Assembly (NCBI GenBank): GCA_951406725.2
Contig: OX597839.1
Location: 5,766,001 to 5,830,000, forward strand
Length of the DNA: 64,000 bases
DNA from: Octopus vulgaris
Taxonomy: Eukaryota
Reading direction: 5' to 3'
Shown here piece by piece: positions 39,151 through 55,148 of the stretch. The notes under the pieces are model-generated. The model searched no databases. It saw only the letters and a list, made by a program, of their open reading frames with translations, and was not told the origin of the DNA. Both the position numbers and the translations under genes were made by a program. Numbering within the stretch: position 1 is the first letter of the stretch; each line of letters opens with the position of its first letter.

Positions 39151-39474
39151 CATATTGCTTCGTCTCTTTCCAATATAACTAAATACTTCGTAATAACAGA
39201 AATATTAAATCTATATTTAATATATTTGATAACAAGCAAAGATAAGCCCGAGTAGATTACGAGAGACCGTGGAAGGGAGAGAGAATTGAGAGAGATAGGA
39301 GAAATGGAGAGAGGAGCCGGAGGAGTGGAGCAAAACGAGAGTAAGGAGAGAAAGGGAGGGGTAAAGAAAGAGAAGCGAAGGATAGACATAGTGAAATAGT
39401 GAGAGGTGGGGGAGAGAATAGAGAATTAGGCAGAGAGGGGGAGAAATAGCGAAATGGTGGGAATGAAAGACAAT

Positions 39475-39515
<41 letters not shown>

Positions 39516-39527
39516 TCAGACGGCAAG

Positions 39528-39609
<82 letters not shown>

Positions 39610-39749
39610 GGGCGGGGAGAAACAAAGAAAATGAGTAATTGTGCCTTTGTGTGAATACATACACACACACATATATACATACATAGAGGGAGAGAGAGAA
39701 AGAGAGAGAGAGAAAAAGAAATTATATATATATCTATATATCTATATAT

Positions 39750-39833
<84 letters not shown>

Positions 39834-39938
39834 TAATTTCTCTTGTGTGGTACGACGTAGAACACATACACACACACACACACATAGAGGGAGAGAGAGA
39901 AAGAGAAATTTATATATATATATGCATATATCTATCAT

Positions 39939-40013
<75 letters not shown>

Positions 40014-40017
40014 TGTA

Positions 40018-40065
<48 letters not shown>

Positions 40066-40576
40066 ATTTCTCTTGTATGGTACGACGTAGAACACATACA
40101 CACACATATATATATATGTATATATACACACACACAGAATAGAAAACACAGCTTGAGACACAGAAGGTTAGACGCACAAAGACTGACATAATGAGCTTAA
40201 TGTGAGAGGGGGAGAGAGGGAAAGTGAAAGTAAGATAGGTGCGCGCGTGCGTGTTTGTGGAGAGAGAGGGGGGGGTTATATAAACTGTATCAGTTAGTGA
40301 TGTATTAGATTAGCAAAGTAACATTAAGTGCTTGGTTGTTATAAGATTTCATATTTAACCAATTAGATTAAACTAGTATGATAACAATATATGATTAGCA
40401 GTGTATGGCAATTATAGATCAGAGCAGATAGGTAGGTAGGTAGGTGGATGATCAGAGAGAGAGAGAGAAAGAGAGAGAGGGGTGAGACATGATGAGAGAA
40501 CAAAGAAAACAGCTGTATTAATTAACCATCACCATTAGTATCATGATCAAGATTGGCAATGCAGCTAAATAAGAGA

Positions 40577-40619
<43 letters not shown>

Positions 40620-40621
40620 AT

Positions 40622-40872
40622 ACACCAAGCATCGGTTGTAAAGTGATGTTGGGGAGACAAACACAGACACACAAACATACATACATAAATACAAACATAC
40701 ATATATATACATATATATGCGACGGGCTTCTTTCAGTTTCCGTCTACCAAATCCACTCACAAGGCTTTGGTCGGCCCGAAGCTATACTAGAAGACAATTG
40801 CCCTAGGTGCCACGCAGTGGGACTGAACCCAGAAACATGAGGTTGTGAAGCTTCTTACCACACAGCCACACC
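40622..40872 (-). mobile_element. SINE family B
   Basis: Reverse complement match. Confidence 0.85.
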
Positions 40873-41784
40873 TATAACGGTTAAGGGATATGTGCGGAAT
40901 AGCATATTTATGATGATGATGATACTTTCTAATTTTGGCACAATGCCAGCATTACTGAGAAGGGAGGACAAGTCGGTTGCATTAACCTCAGTACTTGACT
41001 CGTGTGGTTCGTAAGCAAGCTACTTACCACACAGCCATATATATAATAACAATTTAATAAAACATATGCATATATACATACATATATGTACATACCTACA
41101 TCTATATGTATATATACATGCATATATGGGTACAGGACACCACAAAAAACGTAGAACACAACGAGAAACGAAAACATAAAAACAAAACATGGAAACGGCC
41201 TTTTTTCAACAACGAAAACTCAGAGTACAAGACATACAACACAAAAAACATTCCCCCTTTTTCAGCTGCCCCTGCTTCGACTTATTCCGTGTTTCGAAGA
41301 TAACGGCAAGACACGACTTCGTTGAAACAGTTCTTCCCGCAAAGCAAATTAAATAATATTTGGGATGATTTTTTGCGGGGGAGGGGGTAAAAATAGTCAC
41401 AAGAACAAGACAGTAAAAGCCAAACGAATAAAGATAAAAACAGTAAAAGACAAGACAAGGAGACAAAGCATGACGAAAGAGAAACAGTTGGAATGATTTG
41501 GATCATATAATTGTTTGATCGGGGTTGACTCGGTGTTATAAAATACCGTCACCACCACCGATATGTTACATAGATCAATATTTCGCCTCTGTTATGCTCT
41601 TAGTGTGCCATATGTTGATTAAATCAACAAAGATATTGATATCAGTAATTATAAAATAATAATAGTTATTGCTACCGTTTGTTAATTCCAGCTCTGATAC
41701 ATTTCTTAAGATGAGAAGCAGATGTATATCTGAAAAGGATTCTATTATGCTTCGTATGCATTGTTCTATAAATATATATATATG

Positions 41785-41817
<33 letters not shown>

Positions 41818-41841
41818 GTATATATAATGTATATATATATA

Positions 41842-41942
<101 letters not shown>

Positions 41943-42278
41943 GCACTGTTCTGTAAATATATATATATATATATGTATGTATGTGTGTATGTATGTGTGT
42001 ATGTATGTGTGTGGGCACAAATACATTGTATTGTCAGTATATATTAATATAATATATATATATATATACAAATGTATGCATGCACACACATATATGTATA
42101 TGTATATATACACACACATGCATCTACACATATTCACGTACGATTTTTCATTGTTAGCATCATAATGAACCGAAGGAATATATGTCGCCATATCAAACAC
42201 GCATACACGGGTATACATGCACATTAACACACATAGATACACACACATACACGCCTGTATATACATACATATATATAA

Positions 42279-42338
<60 letters not shown>

Positions 42339-42600
42339 ATGTGTGTGTGTGTACATATATATATATATATATACACACGCATACATAAATACAGATATAT
42401 GCAAAAATATATTTGTATTTACACACACTCACACACATATATGCTTATGCACAAATTTATGCGGATGCAAACATGCATATACTTACATGCATGGGTGTAT
42501 GTTTGTATTTAATAAACACACATACACACACATACATATGTATAATTTCACACACTGACATATACATACAGATTTATACATAACTATACGCATATATATG

Positions 42601-42830
42601 TTTCTTTTTTACCCACAAGGGGCTAAACATAGAGGGGACAAACAAGGACAGACAAAGGGATTAAGTCGATTACATCGACCCCAGTACGTAACTGGTACTT
42701 AATTTATCGATCCCGAAAGGATGAAAGGTAAAGTCGACCTTGGCGGAATTTGAACTCAGAACGTAACGGCAGACGAAATACGGCTACGTATTTCGCCCGG
42801 CGTGCTAACGTTTCTCCCAGCTCGCCGCCT
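42601..42830 (-). mobile_element. SINE family C monomer
   Basis: Head, core and tail intact. Confidence 0.88.
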
Positions 42831-43084
42831 TCTAACTACACACAGGTAAACACTTGCGAAGATATATCGGAAGCATGCGCCCACATAATCCTGCATACAC
42901 AGACGCATATCTGTTATTGACCGACGGAAATCCTCCACAATAAAGCATTCAATGTTAAACACAGTCTATGATTTTATGTATTACATCTTTTCCAATCCTG
43001 TATATTTTTTATATATGATGAAAGCATCATGTAGTTCTGTAAACGCCACTGTGTTTGTATTTGCCTCTGTGTGTATACATTATA

Positions 43085-43488
43085 GGCGCAGGAGTGGCTG
43101 TGTGGTAAGTAACTTGCTTACCAACCACATGGTTCCGGGTTCAGTCCCACTGCGTGGCATCTTGGGCAAGTGTCTTCTACTATAGCCCCGGGCCGACCAA
43201 AGCCTTGTGAGTGGATTTGGTAGACGGAAACTGAAAGAAGCCCGTCGTATATATGTATATATATATATGTATATGTGTGTGTGCGTGTATGTTTGTGTTT
43301 TTCCCCCTAGCATCGCTTGACAACCGATGCTGGTGTGTTTATGTCCCCGTAACTTAGCGGTTCGGCAAAAGTGACCGATAGAATAAGTACTGGGCTTACA
43401 AAGAATAAGTTCCGGGGTCGATTTGCTCGACTAAAGGCAAACCCGGAACCATGTGGTTGGTTAGCAAGCTACTTACCACACAGCCACT

Positions 43489-43490
<2 letters not shown>
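43085..43490 (+). mobile_element. SINE family B ending in an inverted copy of its own head
   Basis: 43441-43490 is the near reverse complement of 43091-43140. Confidence 0.85.
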
Positions 43491-43534
<44 letters not shown>

Positions 43535-43570
43535 CAAATATACGTAAACATACTATATACATGCATATAT

Positions 43571-43609
<39 letters not shown>

Positions 43610-43627
43610 CTATCTATCTATCTATCT

Positions 43628-43686
<59 letters not shown>

Positions 43687-44448
43687 CCGAAATTGCGAGG
43701 ATGATCCGGTTCTCGACTGAAGATTAGAGGCTTCGAATGACCCGTCCGTTTTTTTGTGTCGTCTACTTGAATGTTTTGCGTTCTTGTCCCATTTTGTATT
43801 TTTATATATTTTTTATACATATATATATATATATATATACGTAAATCTGTGTATATATACACTTATGTGTTTATGTGTGTGTGTGTGTCTATATATATAT
43901 ATATATATACGTAAGTGTGTGTATATATACACATATGCACACACATGTGTTTGTGTGTGTATATATATATATATATATGCATGTACACATACCCATCTTT
44001 GTGGCTTTGTTTTTATTTTGGTGAAGGACGTAGCAAGTGGAGAAAATATAGAATGGGTACATAGGGGGGCAAGGAACCACAGGAAACGGATTGACACCCA
44101 GACAAACTTCCAAAGGGAGTGAGAGACTGGCATACACGTTGATATAGCAGAAGGTATTTACCCGAGTGTGAAAACAGAATAAACTTGTTGAAGAATTCTG
44201 GCACCGAAATGTTATACACCGTTCAGTAGCGGTTGTCATAGTGGTGGTGGTTGTTCTTGTACCGATATGAATACCACTAGTGTGTGTGTGTGTGTGTGTG
44301 TAATGTATAGGCATAAATGTATAGACATATATACATGCATAAAGATAGAGATATAGAGATATAGGTATACGTATATACAGTGAGGGGAAATAAGTATTCG
44401 TATATGTCAAAATTCTTTATTTAATTTCTAATGAGCATAAATAGGATA

Positions 44449-44749
44449 TCACGTCACGTGACCGACCAGACCATCAGATGCTGTTACACATCGCTGGTCA
44501 CAATGCGTTTGCATTGTTTTAGCCTTCGAAGGACGCCACCCCGCTGGCTAAGCGAGCAGGCCAACAGAAGAAAGAGTGGGAGAAAGAGTGGTGAAAGAGT
44601 ACAGCAGGGATCATCAGCCCCTGCCAGGGCCTCGTGGAGCTTTTAGGTGTTTTCGCTCAATAAACACTCACAACGCCCGGTCTGGGAATCGAAACCGCGA
44701 TCCTGCGACCGCGAGTCCGCTGCTCTAACCACTAGGCCATTGCGCCTCC
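44449..44749 (-). mobile_element. SINE family A, tail type 3
   Basis: Same head and core; different tail ending GGTCACGTGACGTGAT. Confidence 0.88.
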
Positions 44750-44969
44750 ACAAATGGGATATACCAATACTATATTTGCATACACATGCATGAACTAAGA
44801 ATACGCAAAAGAAATTAATCCCTGGGATTGAACCTGGAACTATGTGGTTGGCAAGAAAGCTACTTAACACAGGGCCACTTCTGCGCCTATATATACACAC
44901 ATAGAATATACAGACATAGGTGTGTAGTAAATGCCTTGGTAGTTGTCTCCTGTTTTAGGTATATAGAAG

Positions 44970-47900
44970 TATGGATGGCTAGATAGATGGAAGAGATGTA
45001 TGGATGGATAGATAGATGGAAGAGATGTATGGATGGGTAGATAGATGGAAGAGATGTATGGATGGGTAGATAGATGGAAGAGATGTATGGATGGGTAGAT
45101 AGATGGAAGAGATGTATGGATGGGTAGATAGATGGAAGAGATGTATGGATGGGTAGATAGATGGAAGAGATGTATGGATGGGTAGATAGATGGAAGAGAT
45201 GTATGGGTGGGTAGATAGATGGAAGAGATGTATGGATGGGTAGATAGATGGAGGAGATGTATGGATGGGTAGATAGATGGAAGAGATGTATGGATGGGTA
45301 GATAGATGGAAGAGATGTATGGGTGGGTAGATAGATGGAAGAGATGTATGGATGGGTAGATAGATGGAGAAGATGTATGGATGGGTAGATAGATGGAAGA
45401 GATGTATGGATGGGTAGATAGATGGAAGAGATGTATGGATGGGTAGATAGATGGAAGAGATGTATGAATGGGTAGATAGATGGAAGAGATGTATGGATGG
45501 GTAGATAGATGGAAGAGATGTATGGATGGGTAGACAGATGGAAGAGATGTATGAATGGGTAGATAGATGGAAGAGATGTATGGATGGGTAGATAGATGGA
45601 AGAGATGTATGGATGGGTAGATAGATGGAAGAGATGTATGGATGGGTAGATAGATGGAAGAGATGTATGGATGGATAGATAGATGGAAGAGATGTATGGA
45701 TGGGTAGATAGATGGAAGAGATGTATGGATGGGTAGATAGATGGAAGAGATGTATGGGTGGGTAGATAGATGGAAGAGATGTATGGATGGGTAGATAGAT
45801 GGAAGAGATGTATGGATGGGTAGATAGATGGAAGAGATGTATGGATGGGTAGATAGATGGAAGAGATGTATGGAATGGGTAGATAGATGGAAGAGATGTA
45901 TGGATGGGTAGATAGATGGAAGAGATGTATGGATGGGTAGATAGATGGAAGAGATGTATGGATGGGTAGATAGATGGAAGAGATGTATGGATGGGTAGAT
46001 AGATGGAAGAGATGTATGGATGGGTAGATAGATGGAAGAGATGTATGGATGGGTAGATAGATGGAGAGATGTATGGATGGATAGACAAATGGAAGAGATG
46101 TATGGATGGGTAGATAGATGGAAGAGATGTATGGATGGGTAGATAGATGGAAGAGATGTATGGATGGATAGACAGATGGAAGAGATGTATGGATGGGTAG
46201 ATAGATGGAAGAGATGTATGGATGGGTAGATAGATGGAAGAGATGTATGGATGGGTAGATAGATGGAAGAGATGTATGGATGGGTAGATAGATGGAAGAG
46301 ATGTATGGATGGATAGATAGATGGAAGAGATGTATGGATGGATAGATAGATGGAAGAGATGTATGGATGGGTAGATAGATGGAAGAGATGTATGGATGGG
46401 TAGGAAGATGGAAGAGATGTATGGATGGGTAGATAGATGGAAGAGATGTATGGATGGGTAGATAGATGGAGGAGATGTATGGATGGGTAGATAGATGGAA
46501 GAGATGTATGGATGGATAGATAGATGGAAGAGATGTATGGATGGGTAGATAGATGGAAGAGATGTATGAATGGGTAGATAGATGGAAGAGATGTATGAAT
46601 GGGTAGATAGATGGAAGAGATGTATGGATGGGTAGATAGATAGAAGAGATGTATGAATGGGTAGATAGATGGAAGAGATGTATGGATGGGTAGATAGATG
46701 GAAGAGATGTATGGATGGGTAGATAGATGGAAGAGATGTATGGATGGGTAGATAGATGGAGAGATGTATGGATGGGTAGATAGATGGAAGAGATGTATGG
46801 ATGGGTAGATAGATGGAAGAGATGTATGGATGGGTAGATAGATGGAAGAGATGTATGGATGGGTAGATAGATGGAAGAGATGTATGGATGGGTAGATAGA
46901 TGGAAGAGATGTATGGATGGGTAGATAGATGGAAGAGATGTATGGATGGGTAGATAGATGGAAGAGATGTATGAATGGGTAGATAGATGGAAGAGATGTA
47001 TGGATGGGTAGATAGATGGAAGAGATGTATGGATGGGTAGATAGATGGAAGAGATGTATGGATGGGTAGATAGATGGAAGAGATGTATGAATGGGTAGAT
47101 AGATGGAAGAGATGTATGGATGGGTAGATAGATGGAAGAGATGTATGGATGGGTAGATAGATGGAAGAGATGTATGGATGGATAGACAAATGGAAGAGAT
47201 GTATGGATGGGTAGATAGATGGAAGAGATGTATGGATGGGTAGATAGATGGAAGAGATGTATGGATGGGTAGACAGATGGAAGAGATGTATGGATGGGTA
47301 GATAGATGGAAGAGATGTATGGATGGGTAGAAAGATGGAAGAGATGTATGGATGGGTAGATAGATGGAAGAGATGTATGGATGGGTAGATAGATGGAAGA
47401 GATGTATGGATGGGTAGACAGATGAAAGAGATGTATGGATGGATAGATAGATGGAAGAGATGTATGGATGGATAGATAGATGGAAGAGTTGTATGGATGG
47501 GTAGATAGATGGAAGAAATGTATGGATGGGTAGATAGAGGGAAAAGATGTATGGATGGGTAGATAGATGGAAGAGATGTATGGATGGGTAGATAGATGGA
47601 AGAGATGTATGGATGGGTAGGAAGATGGAAGTGATGTATGGATGGGTAGATAGATGGAAGAGATGTATGGATGGGTAGATAGATGGAAGAGATGTATGGA
47701 TGGGTAGATAGATGGAAGAGATGTATGGATGGATAGACAGATGGAAGAGATGTATGGATGGGTAGACAGATGGAAGAGATGGATGGGTAGACAGATGGAA
47801 GAGATGTATGGATGGGTAGACAGATGGAAGAGATGTATGGATGGGTAGACAGATGGAAGAGATGTATGGATGGGTAGACAGATGGAAGAGATGTATGGAT

Positions 47901-48320
47901 GGGTAGATAGATGGAAGAGATGTATGGATGGGTAGATAGATGGAAGAGATGTATGGATGGGTAGATAGATGGAAGAAATGTATGGATAGGTAGATAGATG
48001 GAAGAGATGTATGGATGGGTAGACAGATGGAAGAGATGTGTGGATGGGTAGACAGATGGAAGAGATGTATGGATGGATAGATAGATGGAAGAGATGTGTG
48101 GGTGGGTAGATAGATGGAAGAGATGTATGGATGGGTAGATAGATGGAAGAGATGTATGGATGGGTAGATAGATGGAAGAGATGTATGGATGGGTAGATAG
48201 ATGGAAGAGATGTATGGATGGGTAGATAGATGGAAGAGATGTATGGATGGGTAGATAGATGGAAGAGATGTATGGATGGGTAGACAGATGGAAGAGATGT
48301 ATGGATGGGTAGATAGAGAT
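44970..48320. repeat. 29-bp minisatellite GGTAGATAGATGGAAGAGATGTATGGATG, about 115 copies
   Basis: Seen directly; almost C-free on the + strand. Confidence 0.97.
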
Positions 48321-48375
48321 GATAGCTAGAGAGACATTGAGAAAATAGATATATAAAGGTAGAGATACGCAAAGT

Positions 48376-48406
<31 letters not shown>

Positions 48407-48417
48407 TAGATAGATAT

Positions 48418-48470
<53 letters not shown>

Positions 48471-48481
48471 TAGATAGATAA

Positions 48482-48536
<55 letters not shown>

Positions 48537-48538
48537 TA

Positions 48539-48714
48539 TTTCTTTGCTACCCACAAGGGACTAAACACAGAGAGGACAAACAAGGACAGACAAAGGGATT
48601 AAGTCGATTACATCAACCCAGTGCGAAACTGGTACTAAATTTATCGACCCCGAAAGGATGAAAGGCAAAGTCGTCCTCGGCGGAATTTGAACTCAGAACG
48701 TAACGACAGACGAA

Positions 48715-48716
<2 letters not shown>
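48539..48716 (-). mobile_element. SINE family C body inside a (GATA)n tract
   Basis: Core match. Confidence 0.85.
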
Positions 48717-48761
<45 letters not shown>

Positions 48762-48762
48762 T

Positions 48763-48812
<50 letters not shown>

Positions 48813-49460
48813 TTCTCCGTTTTTCTCTTTTACTCTCTCACAACAGCTTTACTCTTTCCGTTTCTCACGCTGCCTTTCCCTCTCTCTTTCCTTCTCCTCT
48901 CTCTCCCTCATTCCTGCTCCTCTCCCCCTCCCCTTCCCCCTTCTCACAAACACAATCCCAAGACGAAGACCAGTGACCAGACAATATCTCACAAGGCGCT
49001 GTCCGTCAACCAATACAATTTCATGGTCAGCCGACCGTGTCGCTGGACATTTCCACAAGCATTAAATAGGTGCTGACGTCACTGACATTTTCGACGATGC
49101 GTAATTAGACATTGGTATACTTTGTATCTGTAAGTTTATAAGAGTGTGTGTGTATGTGTGTGTGTGTGTGTGTGTGTACTCGTGTGTGTTTGTGTATGTG
49201 TGTGCATGCGCGCACACATTTGTACGTGCATACGTATACATGTACACACACACTTCTAGTGATCACGTCAAGTCGATTTATCCTCCTCCCCACTCTGTTT
49301 CACATCAATTCTGACAGTCTCTACCCCCCTCTCTTTTCGTATGTGTGTGTGTACGTGTATACACAAATACGCACACATATACATATAAAGACAAACAGGT
49401 ATATGTGTATATATATTTATATATATATACACATATATACATATACATATATATATATAT

Positions 49461-49606
<146 letters not shown>

Positions 49607-49823
49607 TATACATATATATATATACATATATATACATATGCAAAACAGAAGGAATAGATATAGAAGGAATTTTGCATATGTGAATTACAGGGTTTGTCGT
49701 GCCCGAGTCCCACTTTGATAGAAATAAGCATTCTTGACTGCTATTTCTATTTTTATATATGCGGTCAAGCAACCTGTTTTATATACATATTTCTTATATA
49801 CATATATATATATATATATATAC

Positions 49824-49910
<87 letters not shown>

Positions 49911-49925
49911 TACATATATATATAC

Positions 49926-49974
<49 letters not shown>

Positions 49975-50007
49975 TATACATATACATATATATATATATA
50001 CATATAT

Positions 50008-50063
<56 letters not shown>

Positions 50064-50093
50064 ATATATACATATATATACATATATATATAC

Positions 50094-50136
<43 letters not shown>

Positions 50137-50240
50137 CATATATATATACATATATATATATACATACACACATATATATGTACACAAACATACGTAAGTA
50201 CACATATATATTTATAAATATATATATAAACCCCGTTCCC

Positions 50241-50286
<46 letters not shown>

Positions 50287-50865
50287 TACGGGGTTTAGCT
50301 GTTCCAGCTATAAAAAAATACTCCAATTTCGCACAGTCCCCTTACAAATCGCCCTTCGTCGTACTCGTACTTTCACTCACTCCTTAAATGGATCTTCCCT
50401 AAAACATCTTTAGTTTTACTGGATTTTAATTGACCATTTCGTTTGTCTTTTTATATATATATATATATTTCTTTCTTTCTTTCTTTCTTACTAACATCAT
50501 TTGAGGGGGCCAGCCCAGACCCAAAGAAAACACGACAAAATAGTCCCGGAAGACGGAAATAAATATGACACGGTTTAATCATTTGTTAACGGAAGTTGTA
50601 AAGCAATACGCCTGGGTTTAAACATTTTTCTAATGACCGTAACACGTCACAAATTGACTCTACCATTTCATCTCCACCAACCGAGTCATCGTTACTGGTG
50701 TAGTTATTGCTGACTTTGTTATTCAGCCCCAGATCAACAAACTTCGTGGATGTGATTTATATTTAAAAGCATTCCAGTCTTGACCAATTCCGCTATTTTA
50801 GGCTTATGTCGTTAGTCCACGGTGCTCTGTAAGGAGTATAGGGTCCGTTTCCTGGTTCCTCCGGC

Positions 50866-51211
<346 letters not shown>

Positions 51212-51533
51212 TATATATATATAATAATTATTTGAGGGAATATAAATCTAAACTTTACAGGGGAAAAAAAATTTAGAAATACTAAATCAATTTAATATTT
51301 ATATATAAAAAATTAGAAAAAAAAACACCTTTTTATCAATTCAAAATGAACAATTAAATTACACCATCTAGAAAATTACATATAATAGAAATATTAAGAT
51401 CAAAATAATTATAAAATATTAATAATTAAGTAAATTGGATAAAAATAATAAAAACGTTTATAATTGGTAGAATAACCACTTGGCCATTGCACCTCCACTA
51501 TATATATATATATACGCCGGAAGAACCGGGAAA

Positions 51534-51745
51534 CATGCCCTTTTCAAGCCTAGCCAGGCTCATGGGCCTGGTTTCCCGGTTCCTATGGAATATGTGTTCC
51601 TCCCATCTGGACGGGATGCCAGTCCATCGCAGCGTTACTCAAGAAACAGGAAGACGGAGTGAGAGAAAGTTGGGGCGAAAGCGTACAACAGGGTTCGCCA
51701 CCACCCCCTTCCGGTGCCTCGTGGAGCTTTGGGTGTTTTCGCTTA
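51534..51745 (-). mobile_element. SINE family A, 5'-truncated, tail type 4
   Basis: Shared core followed by CTGCGATGGACTGGCATCCCGTCCAG. Confidence 0.8.
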
Positions 51746-51816
51746 AGGGCCCCAATTTGCTCAGTGCCCAATTTGAACAATTCTGTTTAATTGGCTTTAG
51801 CACAGGCCCTGCTTGT

Positions 51817-51860
<44 letters not shown>

Positions 51861-52092
51861 GTAATTGTTCCGGTTTTCTGAATATGTACATGTGTGTGAA
51901 TTTGTCTGTGTATATGCGTGTCGGTGTATGCACACATAACGTGTGTATATATATGCGAGCGTATATCAATGGATATAAGTGTAGATACATCAGTAAATGT
52001 CTGTATGTGTGTATGTGTGCGTAATTATTTGTTTTCTAAATGTGTATATGTGTATGAATTTGCCTATGCGTACATGCATGTAAGTATATATA

Positions 52093-52305
52093 CTCTTTAC
52101 TCTTTTACTCTTTTACTTGTTTCAGTCATTTGACTGCGGCCATGCTGGAGCACCGCCTTTCGTTGAGCAAATCGACCCCAGGACTTATTCTTTGTAAGCC
52201 CAGTACTTATTCTATCGGTCTCTTTTGCCGAAACGCTAAGTTACGGGGACGTAAACACACCAGCATCGGTTGTCAAGTGACGTTGGGGGGACAAACATAG
52301 ACACA

Positions 52306-52396
<91 letters not shown>

Positions 52397-52535
52397 CATA
52401 TACATATACATATATACGACGGGCTTCTTTCAGTTTCCGTCTACGAAATCCACTCACAAGGCTTTGGTCGGCCCGAGGCTATAGTAGAAGACACTTGCCC
52501 AAAGTAAACAAGCTACTTACCACACAGCCACTCCT
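52093..52535 (-). mobile_element. SINE family B with deletion in head
   Basis: Reverse complement match. Confidence 0.88.
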
Positions 52536-52981
52536 ATATATATTTATATAACCTGTGTACAAATATGCGAGCATTGGTCAGTGTATGTAAGTATATATGT
52601 GTCTGTAAATGGCAAAGTAAATATATATGTGCATATATTTTTTCTGCATAAGTGTATCTGTATAAAATCACGTGTGCAAGATTATCCGCGAAAGTGTATA
52701 TCAAGGAATCTTTCTGTATATAAACATGTATACTGACCTGTGTGTAAATGGCTCTGGGAGTGTTTCGATGTGGCTGCTTTTTTGTATATGTAGGTGCATA
52801 TGTGCCTTTCTCTGTATGTCCATGTGTGTTTCTCCCACCTATGGCGCTAACAAGCAATCGCAAGTCACAAAACTAGTTAATGACTAACCAAATATTCCAT
52901 CGATTATTTTGGTGAATCCTAGATTGCTGACTTCTTACTTATGCGCACAAACACATATACATGTCATTATGTGCGTGTGCG

Positions 52982-53040
<59 letters not shown>

Positions 53041-53182
53041 ATCACGCTCTAGCTTTCGAGAGCTTGTTAAAAATAAATGAACACAACTGTAGTCTGATTC
53101 TCGCTATTTCGTGTCCTACTAAAATGTGTGTGTGTGTATGTGTCTGTATATAAATATATATGCATATATTTCTACACATACA

Positions 53183-53226
<44 letters not shown>

Positions 53227-53227
53227 G

Positions 53228-53270
<43 letters not shown>

Positions 53271-53325
53271 CATACATACGTACATACACATGCATATGTT
53301 TCTACACATACAAATAAATTTGCAT

Positions 53326-53370
<45 letters not shown>

Positions 53371-53565
53371 GTATATTCATATGTATATATATATATACAT
53401 ACATGCTTGTTTCTACTTATGCATGTAAGTATGCATTATATGTATGTATGTATGTACTTGCGCATTACAAACAACCACGCGTATAAAACTATTCTCAGAT
53501 ATGTTCATATACATGTACATTCGTACAAACATATATGGGACTATATCTATCTGCCACTGTAGCTT

Positions 53566-53628
<63 letters not shown>

Positions 53629-53673
53629 GGGTGGATAGATAGATAGATAGATAGATAGATCGATAGATAGATG

Positions 53674-53714
<41 letters not shown>

Positions 53715-54277
53715 GTGTATATACAGATTCATATAAACATGTCCACATATGTTTGCCTATATATGTATAAAGATATAGAAATATATAAAATTGGATATAT
53801 GCATGTGTGTGTGTGCATGCGTGCACGTTTATGCATTCCTACATATATATGCAAGACTCTCTTCTATACCAAGATGGCGGTTTATTAAAATCTGACAGAA
53901 CATCACTGCTTAGTCATGACGGTCTAAATTGATGTATTTACATTACTAACAAATATTAACGGTATAAAGATTTCAAAAAAAAGAGATACATGTGTATATG
54001 CAAGTACGTAAAGGGAAGCGTTTATACATATGTGTTTGTGAATATAAGTGCATATATATATGCCTGTAGATATATATATATATATGTGTGTATATACCTG
54101 TATATGTATGTACATGCGTACATACGTATTTTCTTATCTCCCTACAAGTGTGTTTGTATGTATACGTTTATATGTATGTACGCTTGTGCACGCATATATG
54201 TGTGTGTGTGTGTGTATGTGTGTGTGTGTATACGTGTGTGTACATGCACATATGCGTGTGTTTATATATATGTGAAA

Positions 54278-54346
<69 letters not shown>

Positions 54347-54421
54347 CAAAAAAAAATATATAATACACGTGGAAATGTAGGGTAAAATATGAAAAATCAA
54401 CGAAAATGCACTTTGAAAATG

Positions 54422-54463
<42 letters not shown>

Positions 54464-54490
54464 TATAAAATATATAACGAAAATGCACAT

Positions 54491-54525
<35 letters not shown>

Positions 54526-54527
54526 TA

Positions 54528-54567
<40 letters not shown>

Positions 54568-55116
54568 TGAAAATGTATTTATGCATGTATCTATTTTTAT
54601 GTATGTATATGTATATATATTATACGTGTACAAGATACAAAGGCCGTTCTGGGACCAGGATTCTAACAACAACCCATCTCATCTAACTTCTCAGTCGTCA
54701 CCTGCCCAGACAACAGGTCTATATACAAATATCATATATCATACGAGATAATACAGCTTATTTTAATAACTCCAGTGAACATAATATAACGGTCTTTCAG
54801 TAGTGAGTCACATATCTCTATCAGATGTGATTGGGTTTTTTTTTTTTTTGTTTTCTGGGTTTTTTTTTCTGAAAACATTTGCGTAGATGTTTGTGTTTAT
54901 GTAAATGCATAAACGCGTGTATGTGTGCAAGAATTCCCGTACCGAGATTAAATTAACTATACGGAATTGATCCTTCTTTATCAAATAAGGATTTCTGTTT
55001 TATTCAGTTATTTAGTTCGTAAAAGCTGAGTTTTCATTTTAGGAAGACAGTAGTCCCTAGAAAATTTGTATTTCCTCCTACACATACATACATACATACA
55101 TACATACATACATACA

Positions 55117-55148
<32 letters not shown>

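Noticed and set aside
44970-48320. CRISPR array
   Set aside because: Contiguous units with no spacers; eukaryotic context
44887-48554. 1161-aa and 1191-aa ORFs
   Set aside because: Translations of the 29-bp minisatellite strand, which lacks stop codons; two overlapping frames give the same periodic peptide
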